Shown: positions 18,613 through 28,045, counted from the stretch's first letter. The stretch: DNA of 64,000 nucleotides from Candidatus Nanohaloarchaea archaeon (GCA_013343275.1 CP046106.1:320001-384000), one strand, 5' to 3'. Program-made: numbers and translations. The notes: generated from the sequence alone by a model not told the origin.

Positions 18613-18871
18613 CCGCCTCAATTATTTCTTCGATGTGTTCATCATTCATACTGTAGTATCGGTGCTTTCCGTCTTTCCTCTTTTCCACAATTCTCCTGTC
18701 TTTGAGTTTCCGCAAGTGATGGGAGATATTTGAGTTGGTCATCTCCAACTGTTCAGTCAACTCGTGGACACATTTCTCCCCTTCAGAAAGCGATAACAGT
18801 ATCTTCAGCCTGTTCTCGCTGGAGAGTGCCTGGAATATTTCTGCGGTTTCTTCGAGGTCTTCCCTATACAT
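18584..18871 (-). CDS. ArsR/SmtB metal-sensing repressor (CzrA-like)
   Basis: FQALSSENRLKIL, CVHEL, ISHHL..L, alpha5 site DEH-x10-HSRE. Confidence 0.92.
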   Translation of the reverse strand: MYREDLEETAEIFQALSSENRLKILLSLSEGEKCVHELTEQLEMTNSNISHHLRKLKDRRIVEKRKDGKHRYYSMNDEHIEEIIEAGVEHSREQQ

Positions 18872-18897
18872 AACATTTGAATAGTTGTTCAAATATT
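18872..18897. promoter_or_regulatory. SmtB/CzrA-type 12-2-12 operator
   Basis: AACATTTGAATA-GT-TGTTCAAATATT (10/12 inverted repeat, TGAA-N6-TTCA core) next to TTTAAATA TATA box. Confidence 0.8.
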
Positions 18898-18923
18898 TAA
18901 ATAATGGTTGGTCAAACAAAGTT

Positions 18924-19130
18924 ATGGAGAATCGTGACTGGATTCTCAGCATAGCCGAGACAGCAGTCTGGTATGGATTCTTCTACTACCTGCTATTCTC
19001 AATAAAACAGGGAACAACACTCTGGAAAGACGCAGCAATCCTGCTCGGACTAACCTACCTCGGCTTTATGCTATGTCCGTGGGTTCACAGAACCAAGGCC
19101 TGGAAAGAAACAATCGGGAAGCTAACATAG
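18924..19130 (+). CDS. Small 2-TM membrane protein
   Basis: MENRDWILSIAETAVWYGFFYYLLF...LCPWV; divergent from the ArsR gene. Confidence 0.75.
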   Translation: MENRDWILSIAETAVWYGFFYYLLFSIKQGTTLWKDAAILLGLTYLGFMLCPWVHRTKAWKETIGKLT

Positions 19131-19358
19131 CTTCCTACTATTTCCTCTTTTCTTGTTAAATAGAATAAAGACTGTATGCCTATACAGACAGACTCCGCCC
19201 TTCGGGAGCATTTTCACCACTATGAGTAGTTGAAGTCAACCGCCAACACTCAGAAAGAGGCTAGCTTCATTCATTGTTTTTTCTGATCGAGGTCTGAGAA
19301 GTTAGTGAGGTTATAAGGATTGGTGTCGGATTGTTGTTTATACAGGAGGTGTATTATT

Positions 19359-19553
19359 TTGAAAGGAACAGTAAAGTTTTTGCACGACGAACACGGTTAC
19401 GGATTCATCGAAACCGATGAGATGGAGGACGACGTCTACTTTGACCTAGATGAGCAGGACAGCGATCTGCAGATCGAAGAAGGAGACGAAGTCGAATTCG
19501 AGCAGGGAGAAGGAGACAAAGGTCCGAAAGCAAACGACATCACAGTACTTTAA
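19359..19553 (+). CDS. csp: Cold-shock domain protein
   Basis: KGTVKF..EHGYGFI, DVYF, GDKGPKA; GGAGGTG SD, TTG start. Confidence 0.9.
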   Translation: MKGTVKFLHDEHGYGFIETDEMEDDVYFDLDEQDSDLQIEEGDEVEFEQGEGDKGPKANDITVL

Positions 19554-19763
19554 CTGGATGTCTAGGCTTAACTCAGCAACATTTTCTATTAAATTTTTCT
19601 TTAAACCACAATCGCTTACTTGAGAGAACTTTTTTACTTTCTCAAAACCTAAAATTCTCTGTGGCTAGAACCTAGTAGAGGACTTACTCAGACATGCCAA
19701 TCGGTCCGATTAACTACCGGCCACAGCAACCTTCTTTAATACTTTTTAGGGTAATTACTTGTT

Positions 19764-19946
19764 ATGACTTCTCTAAACCTTGATTATTACGACAAAATTC
19801 TTGCAGGTATTACAGTTAGCCTGGCCGCAGGGGGCTCTGTAGGAGCCATTACCAAGATATCTCTAGCTTACAGCTTGGGAGCCGGTGCAGCAATATCTCT
19901 AGTGCTCATGTACGATGGAATGTTCAGGAACGGGCCTCTGGGGTAG
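19764..19946 (+). CDS. Small membrane protein upstream of PiT transporter
   Basis: YYDKILAGI...MYDGMFRNGP; co-oriented 6 bp before pit. Confidence 0.75.
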   Translation: MTSLNLDYYDKILAGITVSLAAGGSVGAITKISLAYSLGAGAAISLVLMYDGMFRNGPLG

Positions 19947-19952
19947 TAAATC

Positions 19953-21116
19953 ATGGCCGTCAGTATCTTAATCGTACTTGCAATACTTGCAGCAGTTTTC
20001 GTCGGAATTAACATCGGAGGTTCATCTACAGGAGTAGCCTTCGGGCCTTCAGTCGGCTCCAAACTAGTGTCAAAGACTGCCGCCGCTGGACTGATGACAG
20101 TCTTCGCATTTCTAGGAGGATGGACAGTAGGCCGTAACGTAATCGCAACCATGGGCGGCAAGATAGTGCCTTCAAGCGAATTCACCATGCTGGCCTCTGT
20201 AGTAATACTTTTCTTTATAGGACTTAGCCTGTTGATATCGAATCTTTCAGGAGTACCGGCCTCCACCTCTATGACCGCTGTCGGAGCGATCGCCGGGCTT
20301 GGAATAGCTACAGGAACAATAAGCTGGTCTGTAATGGGCCGGATCATGTCCTGGTGGCTTGTAGCTCCGGCAGTAGCTTTCCTGGCAGGAGGCCTGATAG
20401 GCCGTTACCTGTACACTCATCTAGATGATTACTTCAAGATAGATCAGAGCGAAGGAAATCTGCTGAAGTTCAGTTTTTCATCCCGGCCTGTACAGCTGGG
20501 AGAAGGCACCAGTGTAAGAGAGTTTGTCAGCAGCATTCTGGTTATTGTTATTGCCTGTTACATGGCGTTCTCTGCAGGAGCTTCCAATGTTGCAAATGCT
20601 GTAGCTCCTCTAGTAAGCAGCCCTTCAGCACCTATATCAATGAATGCAGGGATAATACTGGCCGTAGCTGCAATAAGCGTCGGAGGTTTTACCATCGCAC
20701 GTAGAACCCTTGACACAGTAGGCGAGGGAATCACCGATATGCCTTTGCTGGCAGCTCTAGTCGTCTCCACTGTCTCAGCAACCATAATTTCTATTCTCTC
20801 TGCAATGGGGATACCTGCAAGCCTTGCAATCTCAGCGACGATGTGTATTACAGGCCTAGGATGGGGCCGGGCCTCGAGAACAGTGAAGGTTTCAGAGGCC
20901 TTACAGGGAGAGAAACCTGAGATGAAGACTGCTGCTTTGAAAGCTGAAGATAATAAGAAGATCGGAGAGGAATCGGAAGAGGATATACCTGACCAGAGGC
21001 TTTTTGATCCGGATATAATCCATCACGTGGTAACTTTCTGGATACTTACACCAGTAATTTCCGCAGCTTGCTCCTATATATTGTTCCGGATTCTGCAGTT
21101 TGCGGGAATAATGTAG
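19953..21116 (+). CDS. pitA: Inorganic phosphate transporter (PiT family)
   Basis: GINIGGSSTGVAFGPSVG, AFSAGASNVANAVAP, GIPASL. Confidence 0.9.
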   Translation: MAVSILIVLAILAAVFVGINIGGSSTGVAFGPSVGSKLVSKTAAAGLMTVFAFLGGWTVGRNVIATMGGKIVPSSEFTMLASVVILFFIGLSLLISNLSGVPASTSMTAVGAIAGLGIATGTISWSVMGRIMSWWLVAPAVAFLAGGLIGRYLYTHLDDYFKIDQSEGNLLKFSFSSRPVQLGEGTSVREFVSSILVIVIACYMAFSAGASNVANAVAPLVSSPSAPISMNAGIILAVAAISVGGFTIARRTLDTVGEGITDMPLLAALVVSTVSATIISILSAMGIPASLAISATMCITGLGWGRASRTVKVSEALQGEKPEMKTAALKAEDNKKIGEESEEDIPDQRLFDPDIIHHVVTFWILTPVISAACSYILFRILQFAGIM

Positions 21117-21143
21117 AAAAAATGTAATAGGAAAGTAAATTTC

Positions 21144-21698
21144 TCAGGAGTACCTGGCCGTATGCTCCTCGACGTCGTCAAGGAAGGATTCAAAGCGGTC
21201 GATATAGTTGTCGTCTTCAAGCTCTCCTTCTTCATTGAACGTGCTGCCGACGTTGGAGACAGGGATGTCCGGGCCGATATTGCCTCCGAACTCGAGTGCT
21301 ACATCGTGTAGATGGCTTAGAGCTCTAACTCCACCGAAACTTCCTCCTGAAACCGTTACGAATGAGAAAGGTTTATCGTTGTACTCAGGGTAGAGGTGAT
21401 CGAGCAGGTTCTTTAGAGATCCCGGAATAGAGTGGTTGTACTCTGGTGAAACAACCACAAGGCCGTCAGCCTTCTCTACTTTCTGACCGAACTCCTCAAT
21501 ATCCTCGGGATGTTTGTCGTTGTCGCTGTAACGGGTATGTTCCAGCATAGGGATCTCTCTGTCAGCTAGGTCGAAGAGCTCTGTATCATGGCCTCTACTG
21601 TTCAGTTTACGGGTTACGTAGAGTGCAGGTCTGATCGATTTTCTGCCTTCACGGGCAGTTCCTTCAATAACAAGTAGTTCGAGTTTGTCTTCCGTCAT
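21144..21698 (-). CDS. NADPH-dependent FMN reductase
   Basis: GTAREGRKS, SPEYNHSIPGSLKN, SGGSFGG. Confidence 0.92.
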   Translation of the reverse strand: MTEDKLELLVIEGTAREGRKSIRPALYVTRKLNSRGHDTELFDLADREIPMLEHTRYSDNDKHPEDIEEFGQKVEKADGLVVVSPEYNHSIPGSLKNLLDHLYPEYNDKPFSFVTVSGGSFGGVRALSHLHDVALEFGGNIGPDIPVSNVGSTFNEEGELEDDNYIDRFESFLDDVEEHTARYS

Positions 21699-21913
21699 GA
21701 AAAACAGTTGATCCATCTATTCTTATATGGTCTTTTTTCGGACACCTGGTGCAGAGAACGATACCCTGCCTGAGTTAGATAACCGGAAGAATTCTACAGG
21801 TATCGGACATTTCGGACAGCCGAGAATCGCCTTATTAGGGCCTGAAGAGGAATAATTGGTTAGAGGCGAGGACAATATGATACGATCTGCCAACCGAGCA
21901 CCTGAACCTGAGT

Positions 21914-22078
21914 ATGTATCTCTCAAACTACTGGACGACGATGAGAGAGGTGGTTTCTTTGCGGGCCTCCTGCGATAACTGTGGTTTCAAGAAGGCCTCT
22001 GAGGAACATAACTGTTTGAGATGTGGGGCCAGGCCGCCACGTGAGAAACTATCCTTTGCTATGAAGGCTATCTACTGA
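21914..22078 (+). CDS. Putative 54-aa zinc-ribbon microprotein
   Basis: ...SCDNCGFKKASEEHNCLRCGARPP...; fills an otherwise empty gap. Confidence 0.5.
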   Translation: MYLSNYWTTMREVVSLRASCDNCGFKKASEEHNCLRCGARPPREKLSFAMKAIY

Positions 22079-22123
22079 GATTCTTCCTTTCTTCTTTAAT
22101 TTATGTGGTACAAAAAGTTTCTC

Positions 22124-22489
22124 ATGGAGGAAGTTACTGAGTCGCTCCTAGATGATGTAGTCCGGGCCAAGGACTTCAATGATCGGGGTTTTCAGATGTT
22201 TACGCAGAACTTTTATCTGTGTAAGGCCTTTCTACGTTATTTTTCTGTTAAGAGAGGTACCTCGTTTAACTCGTCGAAGGTGTCGAAGAAGTTCCCTCTC
22301 AGTGTGACCGTTGCCGGTACATGTCTCAGCGTTCTGGAGGACCTGGAAGTTGTTGAGAGCCGTACATCCTCCAGCTCCGCCAGTCGATACATGCCCGGTT
22401 CTGTTGATCTAGAGAAACTAGAGAAAATTGAAGAGGTACTGAAGGAGAACCGGGAGATAGATGAGTTTACCGGTAAAGAGAACTCTTGA
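22124..22489 (+). CDS. Hypothetical protein, possible winged helix
   Basis: SKVSKKFPLSVTVAGTCLSVLEDLEVVE resembles HTH plus wing. Confidence 0.65.
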   Translation: MEEVTESLLDDVVRAKDFNDRGFQMFTQNFYLCKAFLRYFSVKRGTSFNSSKVSKKFPLSVTVAGTCLSVLEDLEVVESRTSSSSASRYMPGSVDLEKLEKIEEVLKENREIDEFTGKENS

Positions 22490-23891
22490 AGTTTTCAAAT
22501 ACCTCTTCCCTCAGCCTCCGAGCCTTATCTGAGTCGAGATCTTCTGCTACCGCATCTTTCTGGAATGCAGAGGTTCCTGCTATATCAAGTGTCAGAGATG
22601 AGAGATTCCATCTCCTCTGCAACAGTGTCTGACTCTCAATCAGATTCTGAATCCTGTAGTACGGAACTATCATAGTTTGACGGTTCCAGAACCCGCTCAT
22701 AGTGAAGAAATGTTCTGCACCTCTACCATATCCTACATTAACCCATTTGTAATGCGCTGCGATTGCGGACAAAGGATAGAGTGCCAGAAGAGGCAGGTAA
22801 TTGAATCCCGCCATGTAGTCTGCCGCCATGCCTAGAGCGAGCACTGCGGTCGATACAATTGCATAGCGGCCAAAGTACCTCCTGCGAGCTCTATCCGGGA
22901 TACTTGAGATATTCAGGTCATCAAACTCCTCCACTTTATGTGCAAACTCTATCACTCTCTCACGTCGGCCCATAGGGATTGCGGACTCCGGGCCTTGCTC
23001 CATCGATTGTTCTGCCGAGTAACCTGCAGTCTCAATCTTCAGAGTCGAGTACCCTATCATTCTCTTCAGCGGATTTTCCTCTATCGTCAGTTTCTGCACC
23101 TTCTCCAGAGGTATGCTTCCTTCGGAGCGGTTGAAAAGCCCTCTTTCATACTCTAGGGAGTTGTCGGCCTGGTAGAGCTTGAAATCGAAGTACTTGAAGA
23201 ACTGTGTTGCGGCAGATCCAAGCCATGTAACTATCGCTCCAGTTACAAGTATAAGGCCTCCTGCTAAAGCAGTTGCCAGGCCTAGTCCTTCTATCTGATG
23301 CCCTATAAATCCTCCCATAATTCCAAGTACTGCGAAGAGTCCGGCAATAGCTCGGCCTTGTATAGAGGTGAGGGATAGTAGCCCTAGCTCGTTTCTGTCG
23401 AGTTCGAAAAGTAGCTCTCTACTATCTTCTTCCTCTGTTTCTTCCTGTTCTTCTCCTTTTTTCAGTTTTCTTACCTTCTGCTGTATGTTGCGAGCTTCCT
23501 CCAGATCTACGAACTTGAATGATGCCTCTGTGGTTCCTCCTCCGGCTGTCTCCAGGTTCACCTCTGCGATACCTAGCATTCGATGTACTATGTTCCGGTT
23601 TATATCGACGTTCTGTATTCTGCGGAGAGGTATTTCTCTCTGGTTCTTTCTGATAACCCCATGCTTGATTTTAACACCTTCTTTCTCTATGAAGTACGAG
23701 TAGTTTTTCCAGACCAGGTACTGCCAGGCCAGCGAAATACTGATAGTTGCAATAAATAGAAAACCGACGATCAGGGCTGCTACAAGATTAAAACTCTGGA
23801 TAGATGATGCTCCGGAAAATACGAAGATAGCTAGCAGCGCCAGAACGTTTTGCAGAGCCTTGTAAAGTATTGATTCTTTCGCAAGCTTCAT
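22467..23891 (-). CDS. YdbT-like membrane protein with bacterial PH (bPH_2) domains
   Basis: IPLRRIQNVDI, ETAG repeats, VPYYRIQ. Confidence 0.9.
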   Translation of the reverse strand: MKLAKESILYKALQNVLALLAIFVFSGASSIQSFNLVAALIVGFLFIATISISLAWQYLVWKNYSYFIEKEGVKIKHGVIRKNQREIPLRRIQNVDINRNIVHRMLGIAEVNLETAGGGTTEASFKFVDLEEARNIQQKVRKLKKGEEQEETEEEDSRELLFELDRNELGLLSLTSIQGRAIAGLFAVLGIMGGFIGHQIEGLGLATALAGGLILVTGAIVTWLGSAATQFFKYFDFKLYQADNSLEYERGLFNRSEGSIPLEKVQKLTIEENPLKRMIGYSTLKIETAGYSAEQSMEQGPESAIPMGRRERVIEFAHKVEEFDDLNISSIPDRARRRYFGRYAIVSTAVLALGMAADYMAGFNYLPLLALYPLSAIAAHYKWVNVGYGRGAEHFFTMSGFWNRQTMIVPYYRIQNLIESQTLLQRRWNLSSLTLDIAGTSAFQKDAVAEDLDSDKARRLREEVFENFKSSLYR

Positions 23892-24352
23892 ACTGCATCT
23901 CTGTCCTCTGACTCTATTGCGACATCTCGTAGCTTTCTCTGAATACTGTCTGCATCTTCAGGAACCAGCCCTGGCAGAGTTACGTCAGCACCTCTAGACC
24001 CTGCGGTGTACACTACCACTCTTGAGAGGCTGAAAAGACGATCAAGAACATTTCTCTGGGTATCTACGTGTTGGATCCTTACATACGGAACCATTGAGTA
24101 TACTTTTCTGAATACACCGTGCTCCAGGTAAAGGTGATCTTCCTTCAGTTCAAAGTTCCAGGCCCTGTATCGGTAGAAAGTATAAGTTACGGAAAAAGTT
24201 CCCAGAACCAGCAGAGATGACACAAAAGCGGCGAACCCAGTGAGACTCGTGTACTGCTGAAGCGGCCAGGTTGCCAAAGCAGACAGTACAAGAGTCGGTA
24301 TGATTGCCTGAAGCAGCCAGATGCCTAGTACCTTTTTCTCAGGTTTTCTCAC
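23888..24352 (-). CDS. YdbS-like bPH_2 membrane protein
   Basis: VPYVRIQHVDT, VYTAGSRGADV.LPGL; ATGA coupling to ydbT. Confidence 0.9.
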   Translation of the reverse strand: MRKPEKKVLGIWLLQAIIPTLVLSALATWPLQQYTSLTGFAAFVSSLLVLGTFSVTYTFYRYRAWNFELKEDHLYLEHGVFRKVYSMVPYVRIQHVDTQRNVLDRLFSLSRVVVYTAGSRGADVTLPGLVPEDADSIQRKLRDVAIESEDRDAV

Positions 24353-24426
24353 AGAATATCACCTTTTCCCAGATCTGGGGAGATCATATTATCTGAACCG
24401 GGTATCAATGTGTTAAATCTTTCTCT

Positions 24427-25206
24427 TCACTCATCTTTCTTGCCTGTAAGGCCTCTTTCGGAAGCCTGGGAAAGATATTGCTCTGTAAGATCCGACTTGA
24501 TCTTCTCTGATCTAGAAGACCTGTCTATCCAGTAGTACAGCGTTGCCTTAGGGCCTTCAGAATCAATCCTTACCTCCGGCACTGGTTTGTCTCTAACCTC
24601 TTCATTCTCTCCGGCTACCTCCTTGAGAAGTTCCTGTACTTCTTCCAGTTTGTCAGGTTCCAAGTCTACTGTTAGATTTCTCTTTGTTCTGTCTGCACGA
24701 GTATAATTCAAGGTAGGGTTTCCTGTAATCATTGCGTTCGGTAGGACAACTTTCTGGCTTTTATCGTTCTTTATAACAGTATCTCTGAGGTTTGTCTGCT
24801 TTACAACCCCTGATTTCTCATTTACCTCTATATAATCTCCTCTAACAAATGGCGGGTCGAAGTACATGAGCACACCAGCCATAACATTCGATATCTGATC
24901 TCTCATTCCAAAACCAACTGCAACAGTTAGGGCTGCCGCAATAGCACCTATTATAGAGGCCAGGTTACCGAAAGACCCTGCCTGAAGAGCTACTGTGAAC
25001 GATACGAACAGTCCTGTAAGGCCTGCGAAGTTAACAATGCTGTGAGAGGTCTTGGTATCGGCCTTCTTCCGCACCAGTCTTTCCGTCATCGGCATGACTG
25101 CTACACGGGTTATAACAGCGCCAGCTGCTAGAGTAATCAGAAATCGGATGATATTTACCGCTATTTCGCCACTGCCAAGTACCGTTGAAGGATCAACCTG
25201 AATCAT
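24427..25206 (-). CDS. mscS: Small-conductance mechanosensitive channel
   Basis: AVGFGMRDQISNVMAG, PFVRGDYI, LPN. Confidence 0.9.
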   Translation of the reverse strand: MIQVDPSTVLGSGEIAVNIIRFLITLAAGAVITRVAVMPMTERLVRKKADTKTSHSIVNFAGLTGLFVSFTVALQAGSFGNLASIIGAIAAALTVAVGFGMRDQISNVMAGVLMYFDPPFVRGDYIEVNEKSGVVKQTNLRDTVIKNDKSQKVVLPNAMITGNPTLNYTRADRTKRNLTVDLEPDKLEEVQELLKEVAGENEEVRDKPVPEVRIDSEGPKATLYYWIDRSSRSEKIKSDLTEQYLSQASERGLTGKKDE

Positions 25207-25247
25207 AACAAAGAATGGACAGGACTATTTTTGAATCAAATCCTCCC

Positions 25248-26381
25248 TCAGTTAAGAACAGATATTTCCTCTACGGCGGAGAAAAATTCCTCAATGTCCT
25301 CTCTGTCGTTGTAGAGATGTAGCGATGCCCGGAAGCTGGGCTGTAACTCTTTGCTGTTGAACCAGGAATGAACGCAGTGACGGCCTGATCGAACAGCTAT
25401 ATTCTTTGTATCCAGTATCTCTGCAACTTGGTGAGAGCCTATATTCTCAAAGGCGAAAGAGAATACTCCTTCACCTCTGTCGCCGAGTACCTGGAGGCCT
25501 TCTACTCCAGCAGCTTTCTTTCTCATTAGTTCAGAAAGCCTTTTCTCATGCTCCTGAATCCTGTCCATACCTATATTTTCCAGGTAATCAACTGCGGCAC
25601 CTAGGCCTATAATACCTGCTGCATTCGGGAGCCCGGCCTCAACACAGTGTGGAAAGCTGCGGAAGTCAGAAGTGCGGAAACTCGTATCATTTACTGCTCC
25701 TCCACCGGTTTTCACTTTTCGGAATTTATCCTGCATTTCCTCGGAGACATAGAGTACTCCTGTACCAGTAGGGCCCAGTGCCTTGTGGCCTGAGAAGGCA
25801 AGTATATCAGCCCCAGTATCTTCTACAGAGACAGAAGTATGTGATACGCTTTGAGCTGCGTCAACCACAAGGACCCCTCCGTTATCGTGTACAACTTCGG
25901 AAACTTCTTCTAGAGGGAGTTCCGAACCATCTATATTCGATCGATGATGGAGAGATACTACCGCATCATCATCGACAGCTTTCTCTAGCTTGGCTATATC
26001 AAGACCGTTCTCTGTATCCAGAGCTGTTATTTCTCTATCCTGCCAGGGTACAAGATTAGAGTTATGTTCTTTATCAGAAACAACTACTTTCCCCTGATCC
26101 AGGGCATTTGCAGTAAGATTTAACGCCTCTGTAGTTCCAGACGTAAATGCAACTTCGCTTTCCTCTGCATCTATGAAGTCAGCAACTTTCCTCCTGCTCT
26201 CGTCTATCATTTCAGTTGTCTGTCTGCTCAGCGAGTGACCGCTTCTCCCCGGACAGGCTGAGAACTCTCTGTAGTATCTATCAACAGCCTCCAGCACCTG
26301 TTCAGGTTTCAGTGACATACAGGCGCTGTCAAGATATGTTATATCCCTATTCTGAAGAAGCGGGAAATCCTCTTTATTCAT
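25248..26381 (-). CDS. sufS: Cysteine desulfurase, SufS/Csd type
   Basis: YLDSA, EHNSN.VPW, DAAQ, FSGHK, VRSGRHC; GGAGGTGA SD; start at MNKEDFP. Confidence 0.92.
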   Translation of the reverse strand: MNKEDFPLLQNRDITYLDSACMSLKPEQVLEAVDRYYREFSACPGRSGHSLSRQTTEMIDESRRKVADFIDAEESEVAFTSGTTEALNLTANALDQGKVVVSDKEHNSNLVPWQDREITALDTENGLDIAKLEKAVDDDAVVSLHHRSNIDGSELPLEEVSEVVHDNGGVLVVDAAQSVSHTSVSVEDTGADILAFSGHKALGPTGTGVLYVSEEMQDKFRKVKTGGGAVNDTSFRTSDFRSFPHCVEAGLPNAAGIIGLGAAVDYLENIGMDRIQEHEKRLSELMRKKAAGVEGLQVLGDRGEGVFSFAFENIGSHQVAEILDTKNIAVRSGRHCVHSWFNSKELQPSFRASLHLYNDREDIEEFFSAVEEISVLN

Positions 26382-26740
26382 AGAATCACCTCCAGCAACC
26401 CTGATGCTGCGCAACCGGTAGAGGAGGGGCCTTTACATGAACCGTAGAGATAAAGCAGGACAACTGCTCTCAGACTGATTATGAATGTAATCAGAAATAG
26501 CAGTACGAAGAGGCCTGCTAGCTTCTCCAGATGTCTGTCAACGAAGGATGCTGCTCTGGGGTAACGGCCGAGTAACGGTGAGAGGATCTTCGCCCTGACT
26601 TTATCGTCGAAACTGGACTGGCACTCCCCGGTTACGGTTTTATCTATCAGGCAGTTGAAAGCCTCTCTGGCGAGTTCTCGATGACTAGCTGAGAAAATTC
26701 CCAGGATAGAGAAAACTATTAGAGATGCTATACAGATCAT
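26378..26740 (-). CDS. Cys-containing membrane protein coupled to sufS
   Basis: MICIASLIVFSILGIFS..., 5 Cys, 2 TM; TGA overlaps the sufS ATG. Confidence 0.8.
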   Translation of the reverse strand: MICIASLIVFSILGIFSASHRELAREAFNCLIDKTVTGECQSSFDDKVRAKILSPLLGRYPRAASFVDRHLEKLAGLFVLLFLITFIISLRAVVLLYLYGSCKGPSSTGCAASGLLEVIL

Positions 26741-26814
26741 AGAGTGAAACATCTACATCCGGCCTTAACTCTGTACTGGTAAAATATTCAAAAGCAGGAT
26801 GTTAACAACTAGTT

Positions 26815-27210
26815 ATGAGAGGCCGTATCGAGAGAAAGGTTGAATGTAATCCTGGCATCAGCTTCTCAGAGCTGAAGGAGAGCCTCGAGATGGCTAACGG
26901 CCAGTTACAGTACCATCTCAGAAATGCAGATGTAGAGAAGATAGACAAGGGTTATGTGGGGAAAGGTAAGTGCAGCGAATGCAGTCTGAGCAGTGTCTGC
27001 AGAGATAAATGTATACTTGGAGTTCTCAGAGACAGCAGAAAAAAGAGGATCGCCGCCCTAGTTGATGCAGGTGTGAAGAAAAAAGAGATTTCCTCTCAAC
27101 TGGGTATTGATCCATCCACTCTCAGCTATCATATCAATGACTTGAGGAAGAGTAACGTGCTCGAAGGAGATTCTCTGAGGCCCGAGATCTCAGATCAAAT
27201 AGAATTTTGA
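26815..27210 (+). CDS. Tandem winged-helix regulator with CX2CX5CX3C insert
   Basis: NPGISFSEL...GQLQYHL and EISSQLGIDPSTLSYHI..L HTHs flanking CSECSLSSVCRDKC. Confidence 0.85.
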   Translation: MRGRIERKVECNPGISFSELKESLEMANGQLQYHLRNADVEKIDKGYVGKGKCSECSLSSVCRDKCILGVLRDSRKKRIAALVDAGVKKKEISSQLGIDPSTLSYHINDLRKSNVLEGDSLRPEISDQIEF

Positions 27211-27274
27211 TTCGTTTACTAACAGGTTTTATAGTCCGGTAGAAACTAGAGGTATGTATGAAAGGTGAAATTCT

Positions 27275-28039
27275 ATGAACAGATTTGAAGGAAGAACCGC
27301 TATCGTAACCGGATCATCTTCTGGAATTGGGCGTGAAATCGCCCAGAAACTGGCTGAAGAAGGTGCAGAGGTTGTAGTAGCTGATGTGCAGAGAGAACCT
27401 AACCAGGAAGGCCTTCCTACAGATGAGAAAATCAGAGAGGACGGTGGCGAAGCAGTCTTCATCGAGACAGATGTGAGCGATGAGGAATCGGTAAAAGATA
27501 CTGTATATCAGGCCGCTGAAAAGTACGGAAAGATAGATGTACTGGTTAATAACGCCGGTATCCATATTCCTGGGTCAGCCGTTGACACAGATATGGAGGA
27601 CTGGAGAAAGACTCTTGAAGTCAATCTTGACGGCCAGTATCTCTGCAGCAAACACGTTATAGACCACATGCAGCAGGAGGACATAGAAGGCGACATAGTT
27701 AACATTGCCAGTATCGCTGGCATCGTCGGTTACGGCCAGAACGCTGCCTACTGTGCCTCTAAAGGCGGTGTAGTGGAGCTTACACGTGAAATGGCTCTTG
27801 ACTATGGTGACAAAGGTATCAATATTAACTCTGTCTCTCCAGGTGTTATCAGAACGGCTATGACTGAGGAAATGCTTGAAGATGATGAGCAGAGACAGTT
27901 CATCGACTCAAATACTGTGTCCGAAAGAGTGGGAGAGCCCGAAGATATTGCGAACGCCGTGGCATTTCTGGCCTCAGACGAGAGCGATTTCATAGTTGGA
28001 GAAAACCTGGTCGTAGACGGCGGATGGACAGCACACTGA
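27275..28039 (+). CDS. SDR-family oxidoreductase (glucose 1-dehydrogenase-like)
   Basis: TGSSSGIG, NNAG, YCASK, VDGG. Confidence 0.93.
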   Translation: MNRFEGRTAIVTGSSSGIGREIAQKLAEEGAEVVVADVQREPNQEGLPTDEKIREDGGEAVFIETDVSDEESVKDTVYQAAEKYGKIDVLVNNAGIHIPGSAVDTDMEDWRKTLEVNLDGQYLCSKHVIDHMQQEDIEGDIVNIASIAGIVGYGQNAAYCASKGGVVELTREMALDYGDKGININSVSPGVIRTAMTEEMLEDDEQRQFIDSNTVSERVGEPEDIANAVAFLASDESDFIVGENLVVDGGWTAH

Positions 28040-28045
28040 TCCATC

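Noticed and set aside
19230-19270. IS200/IS605-like end remnant (GTCAACCGCC...GCTAGCTT)
   Set aside because: Only a vague resemblance; no convincing hairpin and no tnpA/tnpB nearby
21720-22100. RNase P or SRP RNA in the gap
   Set aside because: No GAGGAAAGUCC/CGGCUUA or SRP helix-8 motifs found on either strand, and no GC-rich terminal stem
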